Shown here: positions 1 through 8,939 of the stretch, in pieces
How positions within the stretch are numbered: position 1 is the first letter of the stretch
Layout: each line of letters begins with the position of its first letter
Virus genome (UHGV): UHGV-1456322
Length of the DNA stretch: 43,927 nt
From: a virus
Strand: one strand, 5' to 3'
The notes under the pieces: generated by a model
Seen by the model: the letters and a program-made list of their open reading frames with translations, nothing else
Told to the model about the DNA's origin: nothing
Database searches by the model: none
Program-made: the position numbers and the translations under genes

Positions 1-57
1 TAAGGTGAAAATGAAAACAAAAATCATAAGAATGCACGAAGGCACCAGGGGCGCGTA

Positions 58-390
58 TTACTGTTTGTTAACAGGCTCGAACACGTTACACTCAACAGTT
101 CTAGCTGCTGCGTTAAACGTAAAACCCCGAAGACCCATAACATCCACCAGATATCGGCACAAATCAAACACGTGCTTAGGTTCCCGGGTGTGGGTGCCGC
201 TTACTACGTACTGCTCAACCCTAACAGGTACAGCCTGCTTTAACATGGCCTCTGAGATGATGCGCAGAGCATTGGCTGTACTGTCCCCAGTGCAGCGTTT
301 GTGCCACACCCCTGTGCCGTACTCTACACCACCTTGGGTTATGGCCTCCATGCGGGTCATACCGGTTATAATGTTACGGATATCTTTCAT
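58..390 (-). CDS. hypothetical protein (~110 aa) downstream of capsid gene
   Basis: Minus ORF in track (58..405, TTG start); in-frame ATG at 388-390 preceded by GAGGAAA RBS; no catalytic motif recognised. Confidence 0.45.
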   Translation of the reverse strand: MKDIRNIITGMTRMEAITQGGVEYGTGVWHKRCTGDSTANALRIISEAMLKQAVPVRVEQYVVSGTHTREPKHVFDLCRYLVDVMGLRGFTFNAAARTVECNVFEPVNKQ

Positions 391-439
391 AGGTTTCCTC
401 ATCAAACGGAACTAGGCAGGTTCAATTGCCGTTAACTGT

Positions 440-622
440 TTACTCTTCCGCAGTATCAGCGGCTGCGTCAGCCGCCTTACGGGTTTTCTTGGTAGCCTTG
501 CGGCCAGATTCAACCGAAGCCACCTGGATGTTCTTCGCTACATCGGTGGCGGCCTTAACCGCCTCCCGCTGAGCTGCATTGGCCCGGAGAGTCTCCAGAC
601 CGAACGTAGCGATTACTGCCAT
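440..622 (-). CDS. hypothetical small protein (60 aa)
   Basis: Minus ORF with GGAGG RBS 6 nt upstream of ATG; follows capsid gene stop by 11 nt. Confidence 0.45.
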   Translation of the reverse strand: MAVIATFGLETLRANAAQREAVKAATDVAKNIQVASVESGRKATKKTRKAADAAADTAEE

Positions 623-633
623 TGAACCTCCAA

Positions 634-1653
634 TTAGGACTTGGTGGTGAAGGTGAACTTGGTCACTGCAGCGGTGTCCGGACGACGCAGACCGATGTTG
701 TACATTGCGTAGCAGTCCAGCACGTTGCTGAACTCTCGCTCATCATCCCAGATACGGGAGGTGAACGGCTTAGCCTCAACAGTCACCAGGGTCTTGGACT
801 TGCTGAAAGTCACCATACGGCACAGCGCGTCGTCAGGGGTGACGGCGTAAGCGGAGCCCAGCGGGTGCGTACCAGCAGCGGTCGGGAACTCGGTGCACTC
901 AACTACAGGCACACCGTTCATCTTCACTACACGTCGGTCTTTGTAACCATCATTGTTGGACGCGCCGAAGTCCAGGTTCAGGAGCTTCGGATGCTCCAGC
1001 AGACGCGAATAGGTATCGACGTCCACCAGGGTAATCATGTCCGCCAGCGGGGTCTTACGCTTGATGAGTTCGTCAATACCAGCCTTGTGGGCCAGGTTGA
1101 TGTTCATGGCGTTCGCCTCCATCTCAGCCTGGGTCAGCTGAGTGGCGGTGGTGGTACCCGGAACCAGGATAGCTGCGCCTACCTCGATACCGTCGTTGAA
1201 CGCCGGTTTCAGGTGCGCCGGCGCAACCCAGGAACGGCCCTTGATGAGCTGAATCAGGTGCGCCTGGTCGAAGACCTCTGCGAACTCAGAGCCGTTGTTC
1301 TGACCCATCTCGGTCAGGAAGTCCGGACCGGTCCAGTCATCCTGATAGTCAATCGGGTTACGGATATACAGCACCGTATCCACCACGATAATCATCTTAT
1401 CGTTACGGACCGGAGTGCTATCCAGCGCCTCACCGGAGCGACGACCTTTCACCGAGGAGGTGTTCAGTCGGTCAATACGGTAGGTGTTGGAACCGCTGAT
1501 AGAGCGCTGGCTGGAGAGGCCCAGGAATAGAGCCCGGTACTGGAAGCGGGTATCCACTTCGTTCTGGTACACTTCCAGGTGAACGTCTACGTCGGAGTCT
1601 GCGCCGCCCCAGTGCGGACGAGTCAGGTTGCCATTATAAATAGTGTTGGCCAT
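634..1653 (-). CDS. major capsid protein (T7 gp10-like)
   Basis: 339 aa, size and position after scaffold gene; sequence pattern resembles T7-group capsid proteins from memory; AAGGAAA RBS. Confidence 0.85.
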   Translation of the reverse strand: MANTIYNGNLTRPHWGGADSDVDVHLEVYQNEVDTRFQYRALFLGLSSQRSISGSNTYRIDRLNTSSVKGRRSGEALDSTPVRNDKMIIVVDTVLYIRNPIDYQDDWTGPDFLTEMGQNNGSEFAEVFDQAHLIQLIKGRSWVAPAHLKPAFNDGIEVGAAILVPGTTTATQLTQAEMEANAMNINLAHKAGIDELIKRKTPLADMITLVDVDTYSRLLEHPKLLNLDFGASNNDGYKDRRVVKMNGVPVVECTEFPTAAGTHPLGSAYAVTPDDALCRMVTFSKSKTLVTVEAKPFTSRIWDDEREFSNVLDCYAMYNIGLRRPDTAAVTKFTFTTKS

Positions 1654-1678
1654 GCTTTAGTTTCCTTTATAAATAAAA

Positions 1679-2521
1679 TTAAAGACCTACGCGCTTACCA
1701 GCTTCACGGCGTGCGAGCAAATCGTTATAACGTTGACTGAACTGTGGAGACGCCAAGCTACGGTTGCCCGCTTCCTGACGGAGTTTGGTATATTCTGCGC
1801 GGAATTCCGCAGCAGACAGTGCATTGTTGCTGGCCACGCCTCGTACCATTGGGTTCTGTGTCTTGATAAGACCCATATCCCGGCAGAAGCTTGCTACCAA
1901 CTCAGCGGCCTGCTTGAGCTCACCCGAGTTAGCGAGTACACGAGCTGCGTTACGCAGAGGTTCAGGGGCCTTGGAATTAAACAGCTGCGCTGCTACCTCC
2001 CAGTTCTCCTTACCGCCCACGATATCGTAAGCTTCTTGTACTGCTTTGGTGGCTTGACCAACCTGGTCTTCCAGGTACGCTTTAGCCAGCAACTCTGCAT
2101 AAGCAGCGTGCTCTCCGAAACGTTCCTTAATGAAGGCCGTATCGATTAGGTTAGGGTCCTGATACTCCAGGGCCTTACCAAGTGCCCGCACCATATCAGA
2201 GTCAGTTAACCCAGAGACTTTCTGCAACATAGCTACACCGGCATCAATCGTCGGGTTGCCTGTCTTAGCCAGCTCCTGGGGCTGCTCTTTAGCGCTATCG
2301 CCACCCTTATCCGGGGCCGCTTTTAGGGCTTCGATATCCAGAGGAATCTTAGCAGGGTCAGGGGAGTCTTTGCCCTGTTGCTGCTGGGTAGGGGTCTGTG
2401 CATCCTGCACGCCTTGATTGTTCGGGGCGCTAAGGGGAGCACCTAGGCCCGGAATCTTAGGGCCACCTTGGTTCTCTACCTGTGTAGTTTCTACGTTCTG
2501 ACCGTTTTCTACGTTATCCAT
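1679..2521 (-). CDS. capsid assembly scaffolding protein (T7 gp9-like)
   Basis: 280 aa acidic, Q/A-rich protein between portal and capsid genes; synteny. Confidence 0.7.
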   Translation of the reverse strand: MDNVENGQNVETTQVENQGGPKIPGLGAPLSAPNNQGVQDAQTPTQQQQGKDSPDPAKIPLDIEALKAAPDKGGDSAKEQPQELAKTGNPTIDAGVAMLQKVSGLTDSDMVRALGKALEYQDPNLIDTAFIKERFGEHAAYAELLAKAYLEDQVGQATKAVQEAYDIVGGKENWEVAAQLFNSKAPEPLRNAARVLANSGELKQAAELVASFCRDMGLIKTQNPMVRGVASNNALSAAEFRAEYTKLRQEAGNRSLASPQFSQRYNDLLARREAGKRVGL

Positions 2522-2535
2522 CTATGCCTCTGTTG

Positions 2536-4131
2536 TTAACTTGGTAATAAGCCCAGCTGCTTACCTGCTACTGTCGGGTCTGCTGCTGTCAAGCCCTGGA
2601 GTTGGTCCTGCGCCACACCCGCGGATACATCGGCAGACGCATCCTGAACCCGTTGCTTCTGCTGCAGCTGCTCTTCGGTGTACATGAACGGCTCGCTGAC
2701 GATGCCGTAGGCGTCGAAGTACCAATCTACGCACGCATCTTTGTTGAAGCGCGGAGTAATCTGCTCAAGCACCGGGATAGCCAGCTGCATGGATTGTGCC
2801 GCCTCTAACAGCTTGTCCGCCGCCGCGGCTTTAGCCAGTGCAGAAGTACCCACCGTAACGTTGATGTTCACTACACCTTCGCTGAGATAAAGCTTAAAGC
2901 GAGGATACACCAGTGCAGTATACAGGTACGCCAGCTTACGCAGCCAGGTGTCGCTCAGGATACTGAACCCACCGCCCATAGCGGCTTCCGCCTCTTTGGC
3001 ATTCTGGCGAATCTCGTAAGCCGTGACACGCTCACCTTGCCGTGAGTTACCGGTGTACATAAACGCACGAGACAGTTTCTGTTCGAGCATCTGAATGTTG
3101 CTGGCAATCCACTGAATCTTCTGGGCAGAGCCGCCCTCGTAAGCAGTGACTGGGGACTTGTTGTTCCCGTTGGAACCACCACCACCCACCTGCACAGCCT
3201 CGCCCGTCTCCGACGTTGCGAATTCGTCCACGTCCAGCCCGGAGCTTGCGTCAACCAGCGGAATTAACCGCGCAGACTCAACTTCGTAGTTAGTTAACGC
3301 TTCTGACAGCACTGATAATCTAGCGAAGTCCCCGGCGTAGTCCTCTACCAAGCCGCGTCCGTAGTGCTCACCGCTAACAAGGTTCCACACCAGCACGTTG
3401 TATGGAAGCTCCAGCTCAGGATAGGTGCTGCTGTCCCCAATGTGGTGTCCGTCTGCTTCTTGGTACACCTCGTAGCTTACTACCTCTACGCCTTCCTCTG
3501 TCCGCTTAACCTTGCGACAAGCGGCAGTGTAGATATCAACGTCGCCGTATGGGTCTTTGTCACGGTAGAAGGTGTTCTGGAAACTCTCTGGCAGGTCCTG
3601 GACGCTTGCGCGCTCTCTGATAATGAGTCGCAGGACGTTCCCGCTGCCATCCCTTCGAACGGTAAAGTTACGGACTGAGTAGACGATGGATTTACCTGTC
3701 CGCTCATCAATATACTCCAACGCGTTACCTGTAACCAGCAGCAGCTTCACAGCTTGCAACTTCGCAGCATAACCGTCTTTCTCAAATACTTTCTGTGACG
3801 CTGTGTTCTCGACCTCGGCCAGCTTAGATTCTGCTGTAGCTGCACTACCCAGCGAACTAATGAACTCGTCCAGGTCCGAACTCTTGGAGAACCGGAAGAA
3901 GCTAGCGCCTTGCGGGAACAGTGCGCCTACAATCTTAGTGGCTGCAGTGTTGACCAGCTGCGCTCCGGTGCTCTGGTAGTCACGCTCTAGCGGTCTGCGT
4001 CTACCGTCCAGGGAATCGTCCCGGGTAAAGATAGTGCTGAGTGTCCACTGCGCGAACTTCTCAGAGGCATCCAAGACGCCCGCGTCCTGGTCCTTCTTAA
4101 AGAGTTCTGCTAATGTTGCTTTTTGTTCCAA
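2536..4131 (-). CDS. portal (head-tail connector) protein (T7 gp8-like)
   Basis: 531 aa; contains GERVTAYEIR-type segment recalled from T7 gp8 (GERVTAEEIR); position upstream of scaffold/capsid. Confidence 0.8.
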   Translation of the reverse strand: MEQKATLAELFKKDQDAGVLDASEKFAQWTLSTIFTRDDSLDGRRRPLERDYQSTGAQLVNTAATKIVGALFPQGASFFRFSKSSDLDEFISSLGSAATAESKLAEVENTASQKVFEKDGYAAKLQAVKLLLVTGNALEYIDERTGKSIVYSVRNFTVRRDGSGNVLRLIIRERASVQDLPESFQNTFYRDKDPYGDVDIYTAACRKVKRTEEGVEVVSYEVYQEADGHHIGDSSTYPELELPYNVLVWNLVSGEHYGRGLVEDYAGDFARLSVLSEALTNYEVESARLIPLVDASSGLDVDEFATSETGEAVQVGGGGSNGNNKSPVTAYEGGSAQKIQWIASNIQMLEQKLSRAFMYTGNSRQGERVTAYEIRQNAKEAEAAMGGGFSILSDTWLRKLAYLYTALVYPRFKLYLSEGVVNINVTVGTSALAKAAAADKLLEAAQSMQLAIPVLEQITPRFNKDACVDWYFDAYGIVSEPFMYTEEQLQQKQRVQDASADVSAGVAQDQLQGLTAADPTVAGKQLGLLPS

Positions 4132-4140
4132 GCTACCCCC

Positions 4141-4404
4141 TTACAGGCCCAGAGGATTGCTCTGCCCTGCTTGTCGCCGTTTCTTCTGCTCAGACGTAAT
4201 TGCATCTGCAGATGCAGAGGCAGCCCCTGCAGGGTCAATCTCAGCAATATTATCTGCGGCGCTATTAGCCTCTAAGGCAGCCTGTTGTTTAGCTGCGCTG
4301 GCCTGTTGCTCTGCCAAGCGCTGCTGCGCCTCTAATCCTGCGTTGTCAGTAAGGCCCAGCATATCCGTGGCCTTGCCTAACAGTCTACCTAAACCACCAC
4401 TCAT
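4141..4404 (-). CDS. hypothetical protein (87 aa), Ala/Gln-rich
   Basis: Minus ORF between RNAP-proximal gene and portal; overlaps upstream gene by 4 nt. Confidence 0.45.
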   Translation of the reverse strand: MSGGLGRLLGKATDMLGLTDNAGLEAQQRLAEQQASAAKQQAALEANSAADNIAEIDPAGAASASADAITSEQKKRRQAGQSNPLGL

Positions 4405-4841
4405 TCTGACCTCACTAAATGATAAGTTGTTTTGTACGTGTTACTGGACGTGCTTCGGCTAATGGTGATACGCCCAGCGCGCATGCACTTGGCTATTGCG
4501 TGCAGGCCCTGCATAATCACAGACACTGCCGCGCCGTTGTCCGGTTTCAATACGAAGAAGTCTGTATACAGCACAGGCTCTACGTAATGACAGTCCTCTA
4601 CAGCCTCTGGGTAGTAGCTGACAGCACCGACTAAGTCGCCTTTGGAGTCATAGACTCCTAGTATATACTGTTTACCCAGTATACTTCCCAACACCCTCCA
4701 GTAGTGCTGCTCTGGAGCCAGGCCCCGACTAATGCCATGGCCCAGTTCGTGCAGTTGCTTCACTGCGTCTGTAACGTCGTCAGATTTATACAGAACCTTG
4801 AGAGTGTAGTCGGAAGTTTTACTAGTGTGTTTTAACTTCAT
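4401..4841 (-). CDS. hypothetical protein (146 aa)
   Basis: Minus ORF; ATG immediately preceded by AGGAGTAGGA that is part of the repeated promoter-like motif. Confidence 0.5.
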   Translation of the reverse strand: MKLKHTSKTSDYTLKVLYKSDDVTDAVKQLHELGHGISRGLAPEQHYWRVLGSILGKQYILGVYDSKGDLVGAVSYYPEAVEDCHYVEPVLYTDFFVLKPDNGAAVSVIMQGLHAIAKCMRAGRITISRSTSSNTYKTTYHLVRSE

Positions 4842-4860
4842 TCCTACTCCTGTAACATTA
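4840..4860 (-). promoter_or_regulatory. candidate phage RNAP promoter (minus-strand TAATGTTACAGGAGTAGGA)
   Basis: Exact 16-mer CCTACTCCTGTAACAT (plus strand) shared with 26339-26354 and 36777-36792; located just downstream of RNAP gene. Confidence 0.45.
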
Positions 4861-4865
4861 AATTT

Positions 4866-7334
4866 TTAGCAGAAGAAGAACGGGGATTCTAGCACTTGCC
4901 GGATGTCCAAAGTGCCCACCTCTGGCATGTCCAGGTCCGTCAAGTCTGCCCCGGCTGCTGCCGCTGCCCGAGTAATATCGCCAAGCAGGTCATTCTCTTC
5001 ATATAGACGCACAAACTGCTCACGGATGTGCCTATGCATAGTGTCGACGTCAGCTGCGTGAGTAGCCAGCGAGTCGTGAATAGGCACAATGTCCAACCCC
5101 TCCGCAGCGCAGAGCACCATCATCAAGTGCGTACTGTCCAGGCTATGCACAAAGTTTGGGGCAATCCCGGAGGCTGCCTTGCGCTTGTTACAAGTTTTGA
5201 AGTCCCGGTTGTGTACCAGTACCGCTGACAGGTTCATGCAGTCAATACGTACACGCACTTCTTCACGCTGCGTGTAACGGTTCATTACGAGCCCGCCCAG
5301 CGGCGTATACCACTGCAGGTGCTGGCTTGCCGGTACGCGTCTAGCGAGATTCTGCAAGTACCCCATAACTGCCGCAGCAGCGGGGTTTGCCTCCTCTATA
5401 GCGGCGCGCATACGCGGTGCCAGGTAGCACGACAGGTTCCACAGACTGTTAGTATCGGTACCCTCGTATCCCTCAGCGCAAGCGCCTTCAAAGATGTAGT
5501 CGCTGCAGCTACGCACCGTGGCGCTGTAGAAGTAGGTCATACTTGGGTGCTTGGTCATGCTGCGGGTGATTTCGTTCTCTCTCCAGTACGTGCTCTGGAT
5601 AACGAAATCCTCCTTGTCCAGGTCCAGTATCACCTTCTCATCCGTGCGGCGCTTCACGTCCATGTACAGGTCCGCTTTCTTGTCGTTACCTTCCCAGTAC
5701 AGGTTCGTCAGACGACCGCCTACAGGGTCTCTCAGGAGCGCTGAGAGGTGCTGTCCACCTGAGTTTGTGGCGTCCATAGCAACCGGAGTTCTGGAGATGT
5801 ACTCTTCTGGGCACGGAGAATCCAGAGCAGCCACCAGGTCGAGCACTGCTGCCAAGAAACACCACGGTGAATCGGCCTGCTTAAAAGCGTCCGAATCAAA
5901 TGGATTCTCTGCAACTGAGCGGACAACTGCCATATTTTTATCCACCCAATCTGCGCGGTCTTCGAATAGGGTTTTGTCATAACCAAAGCAAGTGGCGACA
6001 TGCACTTTAAGCCAGAACAACCCTCTCTCTCCAAGAGGTTTACCTCTACCGAATTCCAGCAGAGCCTTCTGCAAATCAGAACCCTGCGGGTGCAACGAGG
6101 ACTTGAAGTACAGGCGGTAGCGCCAGTCCACACAAGTCGGGAAGTACAGGGCTTTCTCATCTTTGAATTCCTCTGCCATCTCCAACGTAGTCAGAAGGCT
6201 GCGTAGTTGCGACACACGCTTACGGTCAGCACTGTACCACAGGGACATACGCGTCTTCCACTCACCGAAGCGGTCCAGTTCTTCTTCGGTGTAGTTCTCT
6301 TTTGGTACACCATCCAAGTACCACTCAGGCTTCGGCTCCGGTATTGAGCGGGGCATACCTATCCCAATACCCAGGGCCCGTGCTTCTTGCACCAGTTCCA
6401 GTATGCGCTTATTAATACGGTATGGGGTTTCCTGTGCCTTATTAAGCGCCTTCTTGATGCCATCCGCGGACTTAAATGCTTCCGCCACTTCACGCAGCCT
6501 GGAGCGGTCGATGTGCGAGTTATGGTACGTACCGCGGTTGTCGATAGGAGTAAGGTACCCACCATCCCACATAGTGGTGTGCTGCACCGGGGGGACCAGC
6601 ATAGGCGGCTTCATCGTTACAGTGTCGGCAGATTCCACCAGTTTCTGGAAGGCCCCCATAACGTCATCAGCCGGGTAGAGCATGCTCAGGTTCCCGCTAC
6701 CTGTCTTCCACTGGAACAAGCCAGTCTCAAACACCGCGGCACACAGCAGACGCCCTACGGAGATGTTCTGGGCATTGGTCCAAGGCTCGTGCCCATAGTG
6801 CACATTCTCGGCACTGGCACGGAGCGTACGCAGGATGTGCGTAGGGGACTTCGTACGGCGCTCTGTGAGATACTCATATACTCGGTCCATGTACGCTGGG
6901 GCTACGTTGCGTAACTGCAGAGCCAGTAGCTCTGACTGCACGTTCCGGCCCAGTGCGGACATTACCGCCTGCGCAGTCTGGCGGCGACTAGCAGACTCGC
7001 CGGGGGCGACGCTAAACGCTTCAAACATTGTGCACAGGCTCAGTGTGGTCAGGACATCCAAGGGGACTAAGCGCAGGAACCGGCGGTACTTACCACCAAT
7101 GCCCGGGACTTTGACGTTTCGCATCTCGTCGATAGCGGCAGCAGCCACCTCATATGCCGAGGTGAGCATACGCTGCGTCATCGGCAGGTTCATAATCCCG
7201 CCGTTCTGCAATGCGTCCGTAATCAGCTTACGTGCCCGCTCGATTCCGCGAATCTTATAGGTCTCTTCGAGCTCCAGCTGGCGTTTCACCAGTGCTTCCT
7301 CTGGTACTACAACCGTATTCAGGGCGCTAATCAT
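4866..7334 (-). CDS. DNA-directed RNA polymerase, single-subunit T7-like
   Basis: 822 aa; palm motifs DATNSGGQH (motif A-like) and PIHDSL (motif C HDS); size typical of T7/phiKMV RNAPs. Confidence 0.95.
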   Translation of the reverse strand: MISALNTVVVPEEALVKRQLELEETYKIRGIERARKLITDALQNGGIMNLPMTQRMLTSAYEVAAAAIDEMRNVKVPGIGGKYRRFLRLVPLDVLTTLSLCTMFEAFSVAPGESASRRQTAQAVMSALGRNVQSELLALQLRNVAPAYMDRVYEYLTERRTKSPTHILRTLRASAENVHYGHEPWTNAQNISVGRLLCAAVFETGLFQWKTGSGNLSMLYPADDVMGAFQKLVESADTVTMKPPMLVPPVQHTTMWDGGYLTPIDNRGTYHNSHIDRSRLREVAEAFKSADGIKKALNKAQETPYRINKRILELVQEARALGIGIGMPRSIPEPKPEWYLDGVPKENYTEEELDRFGEWKTRMSLWYSADRKRVSQLRSLLTTLEMAEEFKDEKALYFPTCVDWRYRLYFKSSLHPQGSDLQKALLEFGRGKPLGERGLFWLKVHVATCFGYDKTLFEDRADWVDKNMAVVRSVAENPFDSDAFKQADSPWCFLAAVLDLVAALDSPCPEEYISRTPVAMDATNSGGQHLSALLRDPVGGRLTNLYWEGNDKKADLYMDVKRRTDEKVILDLDKEDFVIQSTYWRENEITRSMTKHPSMTYFYSATVRSCSDYIFEGACAEGYEGTDTNSLWNLSCYLAPRMRAAIEEANPAAAAVMGYLQNLARRVPASQHLQWYTPLGGLVMNRYTQREEVRVRIDCMNLSAVLVHNRDFKTCNKRKAASGIAPNFVHSLDSTHLMMVLCAAEGLDIVPIHDSLATHAADVDTMHRHIREQFVRLYEENDLLGDITRAAAAAGADLTDLDMPEVGTLDIRQVLESPFFFC

Positions 7335-7475
7335 AGGCGCTTAGTCTCCTTGGTTATGTCCGGTACTTCTAACTACTGATTGCGACTTACCCAGAGATTG
7401 TACATCTCCAGGTAGTCTTTAGCGGCGCGTTCGTCTCCCCGCTCTACTGCTTTCTACCACACCCCGTGGCACCAC

Positions 7476-7937
7476 TCACTTGGCGTCAATGCACTTACCT
7501 CTGTGTTGCTCGTATAGTTCTGAGTACTTGTCGGACTTGGCAATGTCTTGTTCCAGCTTATCCTTGTTCCCGGCGCGCAGTCTGTACTTGAGCCGGTTCC
7601 CCAGGCAGTATCCGTAGAACTGCTCTTTCGTCATACTGCGTGCAATCACCTCAATTGCCTCCAGGCCCGGGAAGAACTGATAGTGTTTGGGTGAATTTAC
7701 TGCGTCTGGAGCTTTGGGCGTACTTTCCTGAATGCTTGATATGCTGACTACCTCAAAGTGGCAAGGGTCCCACAGATGGCCGTTACAACCATCAAGGATT
7801 ACGCCCCCATCAAGCACCGCTGTAATGGTGAACGAGTCACCATAAGCCACACGTAGCCCCATGCAGAACTCTGCCCAATCTAGCGTGCGGTATTGTGCCC
7901 AACGCCTCACCACATCCCCAACCTTGACTTTGCTCAT
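7476..7937 (-). CDS. hypothetical protein with DUF3310-like C-terminal region
   Basis: 153 aa; C-terminal SPKHYQ...IEVI...LGNRLKYRLR pattern resembles DUF3310 as recalled; not verified. Confidence 0.5.
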   Translation of the reverse strand: MSKVKVGDVVRRWAQYRTLDWAEFCMGLRVAYGDSFTITAVLDGGVILDGCNGHLWDPCHFEVVSISSIQESTPKAPDAVNSPKHYQFFPGLEAIEVIARSMTKEQFYGYCLGNRLKYRLRAGNKDKLEQDIAKSDKYSELYEQHRGKCIDAK

Positions 7938-8356
7938 TTAATAGTCTCCCGTGCTTTGCGTCGTGCCCGGGCCTTGCGGGCCTTGAGCTTCTGTACCTGT
8001 GCCAATTCTTCCGGCGACTTGTGCGTATAGTATAGCATATCCGTGGGTTCACGGTCTAAGTAATCGGCGACCCTGCGTAGAGATTCAGCAATAGCCCCAG
8101 AAGATTGCATGCTACCAACAATCCAGCGCCCAGCGGCAGATGCCACTTTGCCTTCCCCTCCATTGCACGAGCGATGAAGAGCACCCCGAATACGCCCAGT
8201 AATATGATCGTGGTCAACGACAATAGAATCACCAGTTACCCCCTTGATTGTGAAGTCCAAAGGTTTGCCACAAAGGGGGCATATGCCCCCCTGGTCTTTG
8301 GCAAGCTTAATAGCAACAGAGCGAATCTGTGCGCGGGTTATTTTACGCAGTGCCAT
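7934..8356 (-). CDS. recombination endonuclease VII-like (Holliday junction resolvase)
   Basis: 140 aa; CPLCGK ... VVDHDHITGRIRGALHRSCNGGEG matches Endo VII zinc/His-Me finger signature (T4 gp49 family). Confidence 0.8.
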   Translation of the reverse strand: MALRKITRAQIRSVAIKLAKDQGGICPLCGKPLDFTIKGVTGDSIVVDHDHITGRIRGALHRSCNGGEGKVASAAGRWIVGSMQSSGAIAESLRRVADYLDREPTDMLYYTHKSPEELAQVQKLKARKARARRKARETIK

Positions 8357-8745
8357 GTAATCCCTCTTAACATACGATACACTGCACTGTGGGCCATACC
8401 TAGACGTCTAGCTATATCGTTGCTACCCCATTCCCGGTCCCCGGGAATGTGTATTTGCCGCAGATAACGCACCGTACCTTCGTTCAAACGTGAGCGACCG
8501 CTGCCGGAGCCCTTTGCTGCTTTGCTTTTGTGGGTCCCTCCCTGCAAGTGCTCGGGGTTAATGCAGCGAGGATTTCCACAGGTGTGCTGTACTACCTCAG
8601 GCCACTCCCCTGTGTGCTCATAGTGTGCTTTCCTGTGTGCGGTTGTAGATTGGCGTTTACCATCAATAAGAACCCACGCGGATAGGAACCCAGTATTTGG
8701 CCACCCCTTTCGCCCGTGGTCTATACAAGGTGTGCTCACTCCCAT
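8338..8745 (-). CDS. HNH endonuclease (paralog 1)
   Basis: 135 aa; CIDHG ... HTCGNPRCINPEHL HNH motif; paralogous to 13145-13579 and 16355-16795. Confidence 0.85.
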   Translation of the reverse strand: MGVSTPCIDHGRKGWPNTGFLSAWVLIDGKRQSTTAHRKAHYEHTGEWPEVVQHTCGNPRCINPEHLQGGTHKSKAAKGSGSGRSRLNEGTVRYLRQIHIPGDREWGSNDIARRLGMAHSAVYRMLRGITWHCVK

Positions 8746-8939
8746 ACCTGAATCTCCCCCACTACATCCAGCATAGCATTGTCGTGAATGAGAGAATCCA
8801 AATGCTCAACCGTTCTTCGATGTGTTTTGGGTGCTCGTTCACGCAGCGCATCCAGAATAGTTTCAAGTTCATCGTGTTTCCCCTCGTAGTATAACTCAAT
8901 CGCCCGCAGGCTCATCTCCTTCGCAGACATCTTCGCCAT
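8736..8939 (-). CDS. hypothetical protein (67 aa)
   Basis: Track ORF 8736..9008 trimmed to in-frame ATG with AGGAG RBS; overlaps exonuclease 3-prime end. Confidence 0.35.
   Translation of the reverse strand: MAKMSAKEMSLRAIELYYEGKHDELETILDALRERAPKTHRRTVEHLDSLIHDNAMLDVVGEIQVWE

Noticed and set aside
5-415. 136-aa plus-strand ORF at window start
   Set aside because: Overlaps the RBS-supported minus-strand gene 58-390; composition is not protein-like and it is the only plus-strand candidate in an otherwise one-strand genome.
622-1530. 302-aa plus-strand ORF
   Set aside because: Lies antisense within the major capsid gene; GC-rich antisense frames commonly stay open; no RBS or motif.
7837-8052. 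71-aa minus-strand ORF
   Set aside because: Out-of-frame overlap with the Endo VII and DUF3310-like genes; Arg-rich junk-like sequence.
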